From Bacilli bacterium (lineage in GTDB: Bacteria > Bacillota_I > Bacilli_A > RFN20 > CAG-826): 64,000 nucleotides of DNA. The DNA is taken from NCBI GenBank assembly GCA_022482735.1, contig JAKVOO010000001.1, positions 1,295,131 through 1,359,130 on the forward strand, in the 5' to 3' direction. The notes below the pieces were generated by a model. It saw nothing but the letters and a program-made list of their open reading frames with translations. It had not been told where the DNA came from and did no database searches. The translations under genes were made by a program, and so were the position numbers. Within the stretch, counting starts at the first letter, position 1. Every line of letters begins with the position of its first letter. Below are positions 29,272 through 39,182 of this stretch, piece by piece.

Positions 29272-30513
29272 ATGGACATTCTTGTTATTCTTCTCTCAAT
29301 CATTATTCTCGGAATTGAAATCGCCCTTCATGAGCTGGGACATTTTTTGACGGCTAAACTTTTCAATGTTTATTGCTTTGAGTATTCGATCGGCTTTGGG
29401 CCGACGCTTTACAAGCGGAAAAAAGGCGAGACCCAATTCACCATAAGGGCCATTCCTGTGGGTGGATATGTTTCGATGTATGGGGAAAGCGATGCTATCC
29501 CCGAAGATTTCAAGGGACCATTACCCGATCCAAACCGTAGTTTATTAAAAATAAAAAAATGGAAACGAGCGATTATAATGAGCGCGGGCATTATCGTCAA
29601 CTCCCTTTTGGCGCTCGTCCTTTTTATGGTTTCCAACGCCGTGCCCTCAGTTCGCGTTTATAGCGCTTTAGATGTCGCTCCCGGCGGCCAAGCCGCCAGT
29701 TTGGGATTGGTAGAAAACGATCGGTTAATTACGCCCTTGGACAGCAAGGAAATACCAATTTCAAGCGGGGGTTCACTGAAGAGTTATGGCACGGTTACCC
29801 TTTTTAGCGGCACTTCGACGGAAGCTGACTTTGAAACTTTTTTCTACATTAGTGATTATAATAATACGGAAGCAAGCAATTACTTCCGTCTGCTGCCGGA
29901 GACCGTTACCGAAATTTCCACCGGCAACGAATTCTATAGTCCGGATGAAGAAACAGCCTTTAACTTTGAAATGACCTTTGCCAAAGGTTACGATGAAGAT
30001 GGAAACCCGATCGATATATTCACAAAAACATTTGTGATAAACATTACTTACGATACTGAAAGTAAAACATACGGCTACACGGGTTTTGATTTTTCCCTTA
30101 AAAAAGCTGTCGTTAAGGAATCTTTTTCCGAGATTCTATCGTCCACCGGTTCGGATTGGGTTTATGCTAATTCCGCGGTTGCCAGAGGCATTGTGAGCCT
30201 CTTTACCCCCAAAGGAATCAATAACGTTGGCGGCATTGTGGCCGTGTTTCAACAAACAACTAGCACATTTAATAATTATGGTTGGAGCAGTTTTATTTAT
30301 TTATGGGGATTTGTCTCGGCAAACTTGGCATTATTTAATCTTTTGCCTTTCCCGGGACTTGATGGATGGCATTTATTTGTTATCATTGTCGAATCCATTA
30401 CTAGACACGAGATAAATCCAAAAGTCAAGAATACAATTTCAGCGATAGGAATGATACTATTATTTGGGTTGATTATACTTATTACCGCGCGCGATATTTT
30501 GCGCCTATTCTAA
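29272..30513 (+). CDS. rseP: Site-2 intramembrane metalloprotease RseP/RasP (M50)
   Basis: HELGH, IGFGP, PVGGYV, NLLPFPGLDG. Confidence 0.9.
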   Translation: MDILVILLSIIILGIEIALHELGHFLTAKLFNVYCFEYSIGFGPTLYKRKKGETQFTIRAIPVGGYVSMYGESDAIPEDFKGPLPDPNRSLLKIKKWKRAIIMSAGIIVNSLLALVLFMVSNAVPSVRVYSALDVAPGGQAASLGLVENDRLITPLDSKEIPISSGGSLKSYGTVTLFSGTSTEADFETFFYISDYNNTEASNYFRLLPETVTEISTGNEFYSPDEETAFNFEMTFAKGYDEDGNPIDIFTKTFVINITYDTESKTYGYTGFDFSLKKAVVKESFSEILSSTGSDWVYANSAVARGIVSLFTPKGINNVGGIVAVFQQTTSTFNNYGWSSFIYLWGFVSANLALFNLLPFPGLDGWHLFVIIVESITRHEINPKVKNTISAIGMILLFGLIILITARDILRLF

Positions 30514-30540
30514 ATTTCATCCTAAGGAGGGGATAGCGAT

Positions 30541-33500
30541 ATGGATAAAACCATGGATCGGTTTTTAAATTCCCTCGGTTTAGATTCAGCCGAAGGTTTT
30601 GAGGACTTGGATTTTTTGAAAATAAATAAAGAAGCGGATGATTCATGGGTTTTTGTCATTGAAAAAAAAGAACCTTGGGACTATGTTCCTCTTCAAAATT
30701 TTATCAATGGATTAGCCAATATAAAATATAGTTATCAATTATTTTTTAAATATCAAAATGAACCGACAATAGATGAAGCAATTAAACTTTTTTATGAGTG
30801 GTATGCGAGCATTTATCATGCCTCCTGTGCTTTTAAAGTGGATAAGAGTTTTGATGGGATGATTGAATTTGTTTTTATGTCACAAATGGAAGAGGACAAT
30901 TATCGCTCCATATTAAGTGATTTTAAATCCTTTTTATCATTTGTTAATTATGATTTTCCGGTTTTTACCCGTCTATCCCCATTAGAAAGCGAAGCGCCGT
31001 CCCAAATTGAATCTAAGGCGATAAATGAAGATATATCGGCAGTTGACGAGGAAGAAAAATTAGAAATAGCTATCGATAATGATGAATCCGTATTTCCTTC
31101 GGATGATGAAGAACCCCTCGAGGACAAATTCACGAGCATTCATAAACTGATTGCCGAAGAGCATGAAGCAGAACAAGCCGAATCGGAAAAAATTCTTCTG
31201 GAAGAAGCTAAGGAAAATAAGAAGCGAATGGAAGAAGACCGTCGTCACGCTCGAAGTTTTCATCGGGGGGATTATCGGGTGATGAATATTGGCGATTTTG
31301 ATTCTAATTCGCAAAATGTTGATTTTTCAGCCCATATTTTTTCTATTGAAACTCGACAGATTCGAAGTGGGAAAATGATGGCGATGATCGGTGTTAATGA
31401 CTCCTTTGGCAAAGCTATATATGTGCGGTGCTTTGAAAATAAAGCGCTTTTGCCTTTAGATAAAATTATGGGCTTAAAAAAAGGCGATAATGTTCGCATT
31501 CGTGGCGCGGTTGATATCGATAAATTTGATAGTTCGCTTTATGTGATGGGACATTTTATCGATCTATTGCCTCCTGAAGAACCACGAGTGGATAATGCTT
31601 TAACCAAACGAGTTGAACTTCATCTTCATACCAAACTATCAGCGATGGACGGGGTAAGCACGATTGATGATTACTGTAAGGTGGCTCACGACATGGGGCA
31701 TACAGCTATTTCAATTACCGACCATGGTTGTGTTCAAGGTTTTCCTGACGCTCAAAAAGCGGCTAAAAAGTATGGCTTAAAAATGCTCTATGGTGCGGAG
31801 TTATATATGATTGATACTAAACTCGATTATATTATGAATCCGGCTCCGATTGAATTGACTGCCGCTACCTATGTGGTTTTTGACTTTGAAACAACGGGTC
31901 TATCTCCGCGATATGATCGAGCCATTGAGTTTGGCGCGGTTAAAGTTGAAAAAGGAATGCTTACCAAACGAATTGATATCTTAATTAATCCCGGAAGCGA
32001 ACATTCATTAAGCGATAAGATTTCTAAAATTACCAATATTAAAAACGCCGATCTAATTGGCAAACCAACTTTTAAAGAAGTGGCTTTAAAAATTCTTGAT
32101 TTCATCGGCGACGCTATTTTAGTAAGTCATAATGCTCAATTTGATATTTCGTTTCTTAATAGTGAATTGGAACGAATCAACAAGCCAAAAATTACCAATC
32201 CCGTTATCGATACCTTGCCGTTATCGCGATATCTGTTCCCAGATGCCCGGGCCCATCGACTGGGGGCGCTCGCTTCGCGTTTAGAGGTCGATTATGACAC
32301 GGTTCGCGCTCACCGCGCGGACTATGATGCGGAAGTTTTAAATAATGTTTGGCAGGCGATGATTGCCAAATTAACGGCCAACAATCGTTCTTTAAGCCAT
32401 GAGGATTTAGTTCATCTTGAAACGAAGCCAGAACTTTATAAGCATTTGCGACCGGTACATGTGATTGCTTTGGCCAAAGATGAAATTGGCATGAAGGATC
32501 TTTTTAAACTTATTTCATTATCGAATATTGAATTTTTAGCGGAGGTACCAAAGATTCCTCGCGAGGTTTTAATGCAATACCGCGAGCATCTTTTGCTTGG
32601 ATCGGCTTGCTTTAATGGCGAAGTTTTTGATATGTCACGAACCCGGAATGAAGAGGACTTGAAAAAGGCGGTTTCCTTTTATGATTACATTGAAATTCAG
32701 CCACCGGAAAATTATTCTTATTTGATACATATGGGCGAACTTGCAAGCAAAAATGACCTTTTTACCTATCTTCATGACATTATTAAAGTGGCAAAGGAAA
32801 TGGGCAAGATGGTGGTGGCGACTGGCGACTGTCATTATGCGAATCCAAGCGATAAGATCTATCGTGATGTTTATATTATGGCCAAAGGCGTCGGTGGGGT
32901 AAACCATCCCTTGGCGCCATATGATCGGGAACGGATTCCTCCGTTTGAAAATCCTAATCAACATTATCGCTCAACGGAAGAAATGCTCACTGAATTCCAA
33001 GCGGATAACTTTATTTCTGAGGAAGAGGCGATTCAATATGTTGTTACCAATAGCAATCTTATTGCTAACAGCATAAAAAGTTTAAAACCGATTAAAGACA
33101 AGCTTTATACTCCCACTATCGAGCATTCAGAAGAGATGTTAAAGGATATTTGCTATAAGACGGCGCATGAGTGGTATGGTGACCCTCTTCCAGAGATTGT
33201 TGCCACACGGCTTAGTGCCGAATTAAATGGTATTATTTCGAACGGCTATTCGGTTATTTACTACATTGCGCATAAGATAATTAAAAAAGCAAATGATGAT
33301 GGGTTTATGGTTGGCAGCCGAGGAAGTGTTGGCTCTTCATTTGTGGCGACAATGGCCCATATTACCGAGGTTAATCCTTTGCCACCTCACTATCGGTGCC
33401 CTCATTGTCAACATAGCGAATTTGATCCGCCCGAAGCTAAAGGTGTTTTTTCGGGCTATGATCTTCCAGAAAAAAACTGTCCTATTTGCGGAACAAAAAT

Positions 33501-35019
33501 GATTAGTGATGGTCAAAATATTCCTTTTGCTACTTTTTTAGGCTTCAATGCGGATAAAGTACCCGATATTGATTTAAATTTTCCAGGCGACTATCAAGCC
33601 CAGGCTCATGAGTATACAAAGGAACTCCTCGGCGCGGAAAATGTCTTTAAGGCCGGAACGATTGAAACGGTGGCTGAGAAAACCGCATTTGGTTATGTAA
33701 GAGGCTTCTTTGAACGGATAGGTCGCGATCTAAGTTTGGTTCCTAAGGCGGAGATAGCTTTTCTAGCCGCCGGTTGTCAAGATGTGAAAAGAACCACGGG
33801 GCAACATCCTGGAGGAATTGTCGTCATTCCCAAGGAGTATGAGGTTTATGATTTCACTCCTATTCAATATCCTGCGGATAATATGGATGCCAGTTGGAAA
33901 ACGACGCACTTTGATTTCCACTCTATTCATGACAATGTTTTGAAACTGGATTTATTGGGTCACGTTGATCCAATGGCATTAAAGATGATGGGGGATTTAA
34001 CGGGAATTAATCCAATTGATATACCGATGAATGATCCTAAAACGTTATCGATTTTTTCTTCACCCGCGGCGTTAAATTTGCATAGCAACTATTTACAGGT
34101 CACCAATGGGGCTTTAGCAATACCTGAGTTTGGAACTAATTTCGTACGGGGGCTTTTAGACGCTACCAAACCCAAAACATTTGCCGACTTATTAATTATT
34201 TCAGGTCTATCACACGGAACTGATGTTTGGGCTGGAAATGCCGAAAAACTTATTGCCGATGGCATTTGTGATCTTCGCGGAGTTATCGGGTGCCGAGATG
34301 ATATTATGATGTATTTATCTTCGATGGGCGTTGAACCCTTGCTGGCTTTTAAAATCATGGAAGATGTCCGAAAAGGACGTAAAGTCAGTGCTGAGTATGA
34401 AAAAGTTATGAAGGAACACAATGTTCCTCAATACTATATTGATTCTTGCAATAAGATTAAGTACATGTTCCCTAAGGCTCATGCGACGGCTTATGTAATG
34501 ATGGCCATCCGTGTTGGATGGTACAAGGTTTATCGACCGCTGGAGTTTTATGCGACCTTCTTTACTGTCCGTAGCAAGCAATACGATTTGCAGGCGATGA
34601 TTGATGGCGAGAGGGCGATTATTGCTCGCTTACAAGAGTTTCAGGAACGGAAGGCAGGAAAAGGTGAACCACTTTCTCCTAAAGAAGGCGAGATTGAAAA
34701 GACATTAACCATCGCCTTAGAAATGGTCGAACGCGGATACCGGTGCGAGAATATTAGTCTATATGATTCTTTAGCCACGGCTTTTAAAGTAAATCATGAA
34801 CATAAGTCGATCATCCCACCTTTTATTACCGTTGATGGGTTAGGGGAAGCGGCCGCGGAAACGGTTATCAGTGAAAGGGTAAAAAAACCATTTTTATCGA
34901 TAGAGGATTTGGTTAGCCGGACAAAGCTCAATAGTCAAAATATTGAGCGATTAAAGGAACTTGGTGTTTTAAACGAATTACCAGAATCAAATCAAATTAA
35001 TCTCTTTGATTTTTGCTAA
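30541..35019 (+). CDS. polC: DNA polymerase III PolC-type
   Basis: OB fold, PHP HLHT..SAMDG, exonuclease DFETTG, GSRGSVGSS, Zn finger, PDIDLNF, YMFPKAHA. Confidence 0.97.
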   Translation: MDKTMDRFLNSLGLDSAEGFEDLDFLKINKEADDSWVFVIEKKEPWDYVPLQNFINGLANIKYSYQLFFKYQNEPTIDEAIKLFYEWYASIYHASCAFKVDKSFDGMIEFVFMSQMEEDNYRSILSDFKSFLSFVNYDFPVFTRLSPLESEAPSQIESKAINEDISAVDEEEKLEIAIDNDESVFPSDDEEPLEDKFTSIHKLIAEEHEAEQAESEKILLEEAKENKKRMEEDRRHARSFHRGDYRVMNIGDFDSNSQNVDFSAHIFSIETRQIRSGKMMAMIGVNDSFGKAIYVRCFENKALLPLDKIMGLKKGDNVRIRGAVDIDKFDSSLYVMGHFIDLLPPEEPRVDNALTKRVELHLHTKLSAMDGVSTIDDYCKVAHDMGHTAISITDHGCVQGFPDAQKAAKKYGLKMLYGAELYMIDTKLDYIMNPAPIELTAATYVVFDFETTGLSPRYDRAIEFGAVKVEKGMLTKRIDILINPGSEHSLSDKISKITNIKNADLIGKPTFKEVALKILDFIGDAILVSHNAQFDISFLNSELERINKPKITNPVIDTLPLSRYLFPDARAHRLGALASRLEVDYDTVRAHRADYDAEVLNNVWQAMIAKLTANNRSLSHEDLVHLETKPELYKHLRPVHVIALAKDEIGMKDLFKLISLSNIEFLAEVPKIPREVLMQYREHLLLGSACFNGEVFDMSRTRNEEDLKKAVSFYDYIEIQPPENYSYLIHMGELASKNDLFTYLHDIIKVAKEMGKMVVATGDCHYANPSDKIYRDVYIMAKGVGGVNHPLAPYDRERIPPFENPNQHYRSTEEMLTEFQADNFISEEEAIQYVVTNSNLIANSIKSLKPIKDKLYTPTIEHSEEMLKDICYKTAHEWYGDPLPEIVATRLSAELNGIISNGYSVIYYIAHKIIKKANDDGFMVGSRGSVGSSFVATMAHITEVNPLPPHYRCPHCQHSEFDPPEAKGVFSGYDLPEKNCPICGTKMISDGQNIPFATFLGFNADKVPDIDLNFPGDYQAQAHEYTKELLGAENVFKAGTIETVAEKTAFGYVRGFFERIGRDLSLVPKAEIAFLAAGCQDVKRTTGQHPGGIVVIPKEYEVYDFTPIQYPADNMDASWKTTHFDFHSIHDNVLKLDLLGHVDPMALKMMGDLTGINPIDIPMNDPKTLSIFSSPAALNLHSNYLQVTNGALAIPEFGTNFVRGLLDATKPKTFADLLIISGLSHGTDVWAGNAEKLIADGICDLRGVIGCRDDIMMYLSSMGVEPLLAFKIMEDVRKGRKVSAEYEKVMKEHNVPQYYIDSCNKIKYMFPKAHATAYVMMAIRVGWYKVYRPLEFYATFFTVRSKQYDLQAMIDGERAIIARLQEFQERKAGKGEPLSPKEGEIEKTLTIALEMVERGYRCENISLYDSLATAFKVNHEHKSIIPPFITVDGLGEAAAETVISERVKKPFLSIEDLVSRTKLNSQNIERLKELGVLNELPESNQINLFDFC

Positions 35020-35056
35020 TGATTGATTATAATAAGTAGGCGTAATTTTCGCCTTT

Positions 35057-35133
35057 CGGGACGTAGCACAGCTTGGTAGTGCGCTTGGTTCGGGACCAAG
35101 AGGTCGTGGGTTCGAATCCCATCGTTCCGACCA
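35057..35133 (+). tRNA. tRNA-Pro (CGG)
   Basis: Cloverleaf, anticodon arm cttgg-ttCGGga-ccaag, GTTCGAATCC T loop, encoded CCA; upstream TTGATT-N16-TATAAT. Confidence 0.96.
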
Positions 35134-35140
35134 TTAATAT

Positions 35141-35287
35141 TGAAACTGCTCCCTAAATTTGGACCAAACACTGGTACAATTGAAAGGGAGCTTTTTTATG
35201 AAAACAACTCTAGAAGATAAACTAAAATGCGTCATTCTTCATTTATATGAAGAAACAACGAATATAATGTATCAGTTGGGCATTTAG
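35141..35287 (+). mobile_element. IS3-family (IS150/IS861-like) left-end remnant with truncated orfA
   Basis: TGAAACTGCTCCCTAAATTTGGAC terminus, internal gctccc/gggagc repeat, then ATG 35198 MKTTLEDKLKC ending after 29 codons. Confidence 0.65.
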
Positions 35288-35591
35288 CCAAGTGTTAATA
35301 GGTAATATAACGCTTTTTAATAATTGATTGTTGTAGAAGATTAAGAAATAAACTTATTGTAATTTTCAAGATTAAATTGAATATAGTAAAAACATATAGA
35401 TTGTCAAATGTGTAATTGTAACCAAAGCAACCGATCTTTGCTGGTAATTATTTCGCTATATGTTGGCTTAATCGAAGTTTTTAAGCATTGCTTTTGAGAA
35501 AACTAAAACGATCATTTAATCGTGAAACAAAGCAATTAATAATTTGTATTAGTATGCTATATTATCAATGGATATGAAAGGAAATTACTTA

Positions 35592-35975
35592 ATGGGAAAG
35601 ATTGAATTTGATGCGGTTATTTTAGAGTGTAAAAGTCCAAAAGCATTAAGCCGATTTTATGCCGCTTTGTTGGATTACAAACCCCGATATAATGAGGGTG
35701 AAGAGTGGAGAGATATTATCTCTAGCGATGGAATGATAAAGTTGGCTTTTCAATATAATGAAGACTATATTCCCCCTGTCTGGCCTGATCAAAAGGGAAA
35801 ACCCCAGATGATGATGCATCTTGATTTTAAAGTTAAAAATCAAGATGAACTTAAGCAGGCGGTTACAAAGGCATTATCTTTAGGAGCCATACTTACAGAC
35901 GCCCAGTTTGGTGGTGACGATTGGGTAACCCTTATTGACCCGGAGGGCCATCCATTCTGTTTTGTTATTTGGTGA
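35592..35975 (+). CDS. VOC/glyoxalase family protein
   Basis: VILEC..P.ALSRFY, PPVWP, MMHLDF, LIDPEGHPFC. Confidence 0.9.
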   Translation: MGKIEFDAVILECKSPKALSRFYAALLDYKPRYNEGEEWRDIISSDGMIKLAFQYNEDYIPPVWPDQKGKPQMMMHLDFKVKNQDELKQAVTKALSLGAILTDAQFGGDDWVTLIDPEGHPFCFVIW

Positions 35976-35984
35976 TGATTAATA

Positions 35985-36011
35985 AAAAATGGTTCATTAT
36001 GAACCATTTTT
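35985..36011. terminator. Bidirectional terminator
   Basis: aaaaatggttca-tta-tgaaccattttt between convergent genes. Confidence 0.8.
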
Positions 36012-36852
36012 ATTTAGTAGCCAACAAATGATCAATCAATTCCTTGATGCCCCCATCATTGACTGAGGGGACAATAATGTTAGCAACTTTTTTAACCGAA
36101 GGATCAGCGTTTTCAGGGGCTACCTTAAAGTAGGCAATATCAAACATCGGTAAATCAGCAACACCATCGCCAATGCACATTGCTCGCTCAAGGCAAATAT
36201 TATTTTCTTCAGCAACTTCATATAAGGCGCGCCCTTTATTTACAAAAGGCGAAAGTAGTTCAAGAAAGTAAGGCTTTGATATAATAGAGCCAAATTCCGG
36301 ATAGTTTTCACTAACGTACAATTCGAGATGTTGAATAGTCTCAGGCTTAGCCAAGAAAAGAAGTTTAATTATCGGTTGAGAAGATAACTCAGATATGCTG
36401 CTAATGGGTTTAGCTTTTCCCTGGACAATCTCCTGTTCGTTTATAACATAATTGTTATTGGGAGTTAATGTCAGCCAATCAGTACTTGTATAGATGATAA
36501 GTCCAACATCAGGATGGTTGTAGGTTAATTCGGCAGCGACTTTTAAGGCTAAATCATTAGGTAAAAGAGCCTCATGAAGGACATTTCCACTTTGCTCAAC
36601 AACGAGTGCCCCATTTAATGCAATTAATGGGGTTGTAAGTTCAAGTCGCTCGCTAATTGGTTTTATCGCTCCTGGATAGCGACCACTTATTAAATAAAAA
36701 CGAACATGATTTTTTATTTCTTTTAGACGATCAATAACTTCTAAAGGAATGACACCGTTTCCATCAGCAATCGTTCCATCAATGTCGCAAAAAATAGCGT
36801 CAACAGATGATAAATTAACTGATTTTAAGGAACACGGTTTTCGAATTTTCAT
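36010..36852 (-). CDS. Cof-type HAD-IIB hydrolase
   Basis: DIDGT, ISGR, NGA, NKG, IGDGVADLPMF. Confidence 0.9.
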   Translation of the reverse strand: MKIRKPCSLKSVNLSSVDAIFCDIDGTIADGNGVIPLEVIDRLKEIKNHVRFYLISGRYPGAIKPISERLELTTPLIALNGALVVEQSGNVLHEALLPNDLALKVAAELTYNHPDVGLIIYTSTDWLTLTPNNNYVINEQEIVQGKAKPISSISELSSQPIIKLLFLAKPETIQHLELYVSENYPEFGSIISKPYFLELLSPFVNKGRALYEVAEENNICLERAMCIGDGVADLPMFDIAYFKVAPENADPSVKKVANIIVPSVNDGGIKELIDHLLATK

Positions 36853-37003
36853 TTATATTACCATCCACACTTATTTTTATTATATAGAAAAATATTCGCA
36901 TTCCAACAATAAAAATTTTATTTTAATACATATTTAGACAAAGCGTTATAAATGACAAAAAATATTACTTTCCCGTATATTTAGATTAGGAGGAAATAAC
37001 CAT

Positions 37004-37247
37004 ATGGATTACTCAGTTTATGTTGGCAAAGAATTGTCACAAGATGTTATTGATAATATTTATGATCATATACTGGAAGACGGGGCCGAAAGAATTATAA
37101 ATGTAATCGGCCGAGACAAGTTTCATGAGGACACATTTCTCGACAATATGCTTCATGCCCTTTATCGCTATGAAAAAGGCTCATTTTGATTTAGCGCTTA
37201 CCTACGATGAATGGCGAGCCAATAACGGAGGCTGCTACAAAAAGTAA
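37004..37247 (+). CDS. Small hypothetical protein (61 aa as written; 80 aa if the A5 run at 37173-37177 carries an extra base)
   Basis: Strong AGGAGG RBS; adjacent frame continues EKAHFDLALTYDEWRANNGGCYKK to TAA 37247. Confidence 0.6.
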
Positions 37248-37294
37248 TTTGTCGTGGCATAAACCGCTATTCCGCGCTAGAATATTATCGCTAA

Positions 37295-37370
37295 GCGCCG
37301 ATAGCTCAGCGGATAGAGCGACCGCCTCCTAAGCGGTAGGCCGAAGGTTCAATTCCCTCTCGGCGCGCCA
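37295..37370 (+). tRNA. tRNA-Arg (CCT)
   Basis: gcgccga/tcggcgc acceptor stem, accgc-ctCCTaa-gcggt, encoded CCA; TGGCAT-N17-TAGAAT upstream. Confidence 0.95.
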
Positions 37371-37381
37371 ATTGGAAAGCC

Positions 37382-37410
37382 AAAAAGTGGCAATATGAAG
37401 CCACTTTTTT
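37382..37410 (+). terminator. Terminator after tRNA-Arg
   Basis: aaaaagtggc..gccactttttt. Confidence 0.8.
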
Positions 37411-37611
37411 GTTTTAAAATGCCAAAACAGGGTTTAAACAATGTTTTAATAAAATATGACAATATTTATGTCTTCATTTATACTATATATAAGGTAAATT
37501 AAGCCTATTTTTACTGATTGCAACCAAAAGTTGCGGAAATTTCTAACTAAAGTTGGTAGTGCAACCAACATAAAACCATTTATTATAAATCTAGATAGAG
37601 GAGGCAAGATT

Positions 37612-38334
37612 ATGAATATCGAGATTGCCAATCGCCTAGTAGAATTAAGAAAGAAGAATAACTTGTCGCAGGAAGAACTAGCTGCCAAACTTGGCCTTTC
37701 CCGACAAGCAGTAAGTAAATGGGAGCGGGCTGAAGCTTCACCAGATACTGATAATTTGATTTGCTTGGCAAAAATCTATGGGGTATCACTGGATGAACTA
37801 TTAAAAACCGATGTTAGTGAAGAAGAGATTGCTCAAGATGTTCGTAATCATCAAGCGGAAGAAGATGGTGATGAAGACGATAATGACGACGACTCTTCGG
37901 ATGCCTATGCCTATGCAAGTGCGGGTGGTAAAGCTTACGCAAGAGCAGGTGGCAAAAGCAAAATGGTTCATGTCGATACATCGGGTAAATCGCTAAAAAG
38001 ACGTTTGCGTTTTGGCAAAACATTTGCCATCATATCCTCAATCAATGTATTTGTAATTACCATTGCTTACATTGTTCTTGGATTCTTTTTGCCTCATGGA
38101 GAAGGCTGGCGCGTTTATTGGACATTATTTATTTTAATTCCAGTAATCGAGTCACTATTGAGTGCGATTAAAATGAAAAATGCCTCGCATTTTGCCTACC
38201 CGGTTTTAATGGCTTTCATCTATCTATTTATTGGCGTTAAATGGGATATTTGGCATCCAACCTGGGCATTATTCATCACAATACCGATTTATTATTCAGT
38301 TGTTGGAATTGCTAGAACTTATAGTGTTGATTAA
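37612..38334 (+). CDS. XRE-family HTH regulator with C-terminal membrane domain
   Basis: LSQEELAAKLGLSRQAVSKWE HTH, acidic linker, about 4 TM helices; GAGGAGG RBS. Confidence 0.88.
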   Translation: MNIEIANRLVELRKKNNLSQEELAAKLGLSRQAVSKWERAEASPDTDNLICLAKIYGVSLDELLKTDVSEEEIAQDVRNHQAEEDGDEDDNDDDSSDAYAYASAGGKAYARAGGKSKMVHVDTSGKSLKRRLRFGKTFAIISSINVFVITIAYIVLGFFLPHGEGWRVYWTLFILIPVIESLLSAIKMKNASHFAYPVLMAFIYLFIGVKWDIWHPTWALFITIPIYYSVVGIARTYSVD

Positions 38335-38357
38335 GCCAATAAAAATATTGGCTTTTT
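38333..38357 (+). terminator. Terminator after XRE gene
   Basis: aagccaata..tattggcttttt. Confidence 0.75.
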
Positions 38358-38380
38358 CTTTTATTTAACACGATTTTTAA

Positions 38381-38409
38381 TTGACAAAAAACCATGTTTT
38401 GCATATCAT
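38381..38409 (+). promoter_or_regulatory. tRNA-Ala promoter
   Basis: TTGACA-N17-TATCAT. Confidence 0.75.
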
Positions 38410-38443
38410 AGTAAAGCAAACTTGTTTTGCAAAGAACCATTTT

Positions 38444-38519
38444 GGGGCTGTAGCTCATCTGGGAGAGCGCTTCCATGGCATGGAAGAGGTAGCGGGTTCG
38501 ATCCCCGTCAGCTCCACCA
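38444..38519 (+). tRNA. tRNA-Ala (GGC)
   Basis: GGGGCTG start with G3:U70, cttcc-atGGCat-ggaag, encoded CCA. Confidence 0.96.
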
Positions 38520-38527
38520 AATTAGAT

Positions 38528-38700
38528 TGAAATAGCTTCCAAAAGTTGGAGATATGGTATACTAAAAATACCACTCTGATGAAGGAAACTTTTTTTATTG
38601 ATTCATAGAATTTTTGCTAAACTTTTATTAAACTTCCACACATCTATCATTGTTATAGTAATCCATCTAGTCATCAATCACTGCTTTCACTTGTATGAAT
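38528..38700. mobile_element. Degraded IS3-family remnant (terminal repeat plus transposase C-terminal fragment on minus strand)
   Basis: TGAAATAGCTTCCAAAAGTTGGAG terminus; minus strand 38690-38641 reads VKAVIDD*MDYYNNDR, like the IS3 OrfB YYNxxR motif. Confidence 0.65.
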
Positions 38701-38770
38701 TCAGTATATATAAATATCTTATCTTTTATTTTATCTTTCATGTGCTACCTCCCGCATATACTTCTATTAT

Positions 38771-38953
38771 ATGAATGTACAACTTTTTGGTATTAGTTCA
38801 TATTTCTTGGGCATAAAACATCCCAGAAAAAAATATGTGTTTTTTGAAAGATCTGGGCATATGCCGATGTTTGAGGAAAGTGCTTCTTGGAACAAAGCGA
38901 AGGCCATCCTGGGATCAGTCTTATTCAGACACTCTGTGAAATATTGGGATTAA
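38771..38953 (+). pseudogene. C-terminal fragment of an alpha/beta hydrolase
   Basis: IKHPRKKYVFFERSGHMPMFEE resembles the catalytic-His segment; no nucleophile elbow or RBS. Confidence 0.55.
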
Positions 38954-39182
38954 CTACTGATTATTTATCATTTGGGAAATGACAATAATTTTTATTCGAT
39001 GGCAAAATATAACACTCGAAACATTGCAATATTTTGAAGCTTTTGCTAGAAAAATAAAGTGAGTTTAAGTACAATTGACAAAGCATCATCCTATGTGATA
39101 CAACTAAAATAACAAAGAAATCTATATGGAAAGAGGGGTGCAATTTTTAATTTGTCTTTAGTTATTTAAAGGAGAATTGGAA

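Noticed and set aside
38703-38752. Minus-strand GGAGG plus MKDKIKDKIFIY micro-ORF as a leader peptide or toxin
   Set aside because: Only 12 codons inside IS and pseudogene debris; more likely a truncated gene start.
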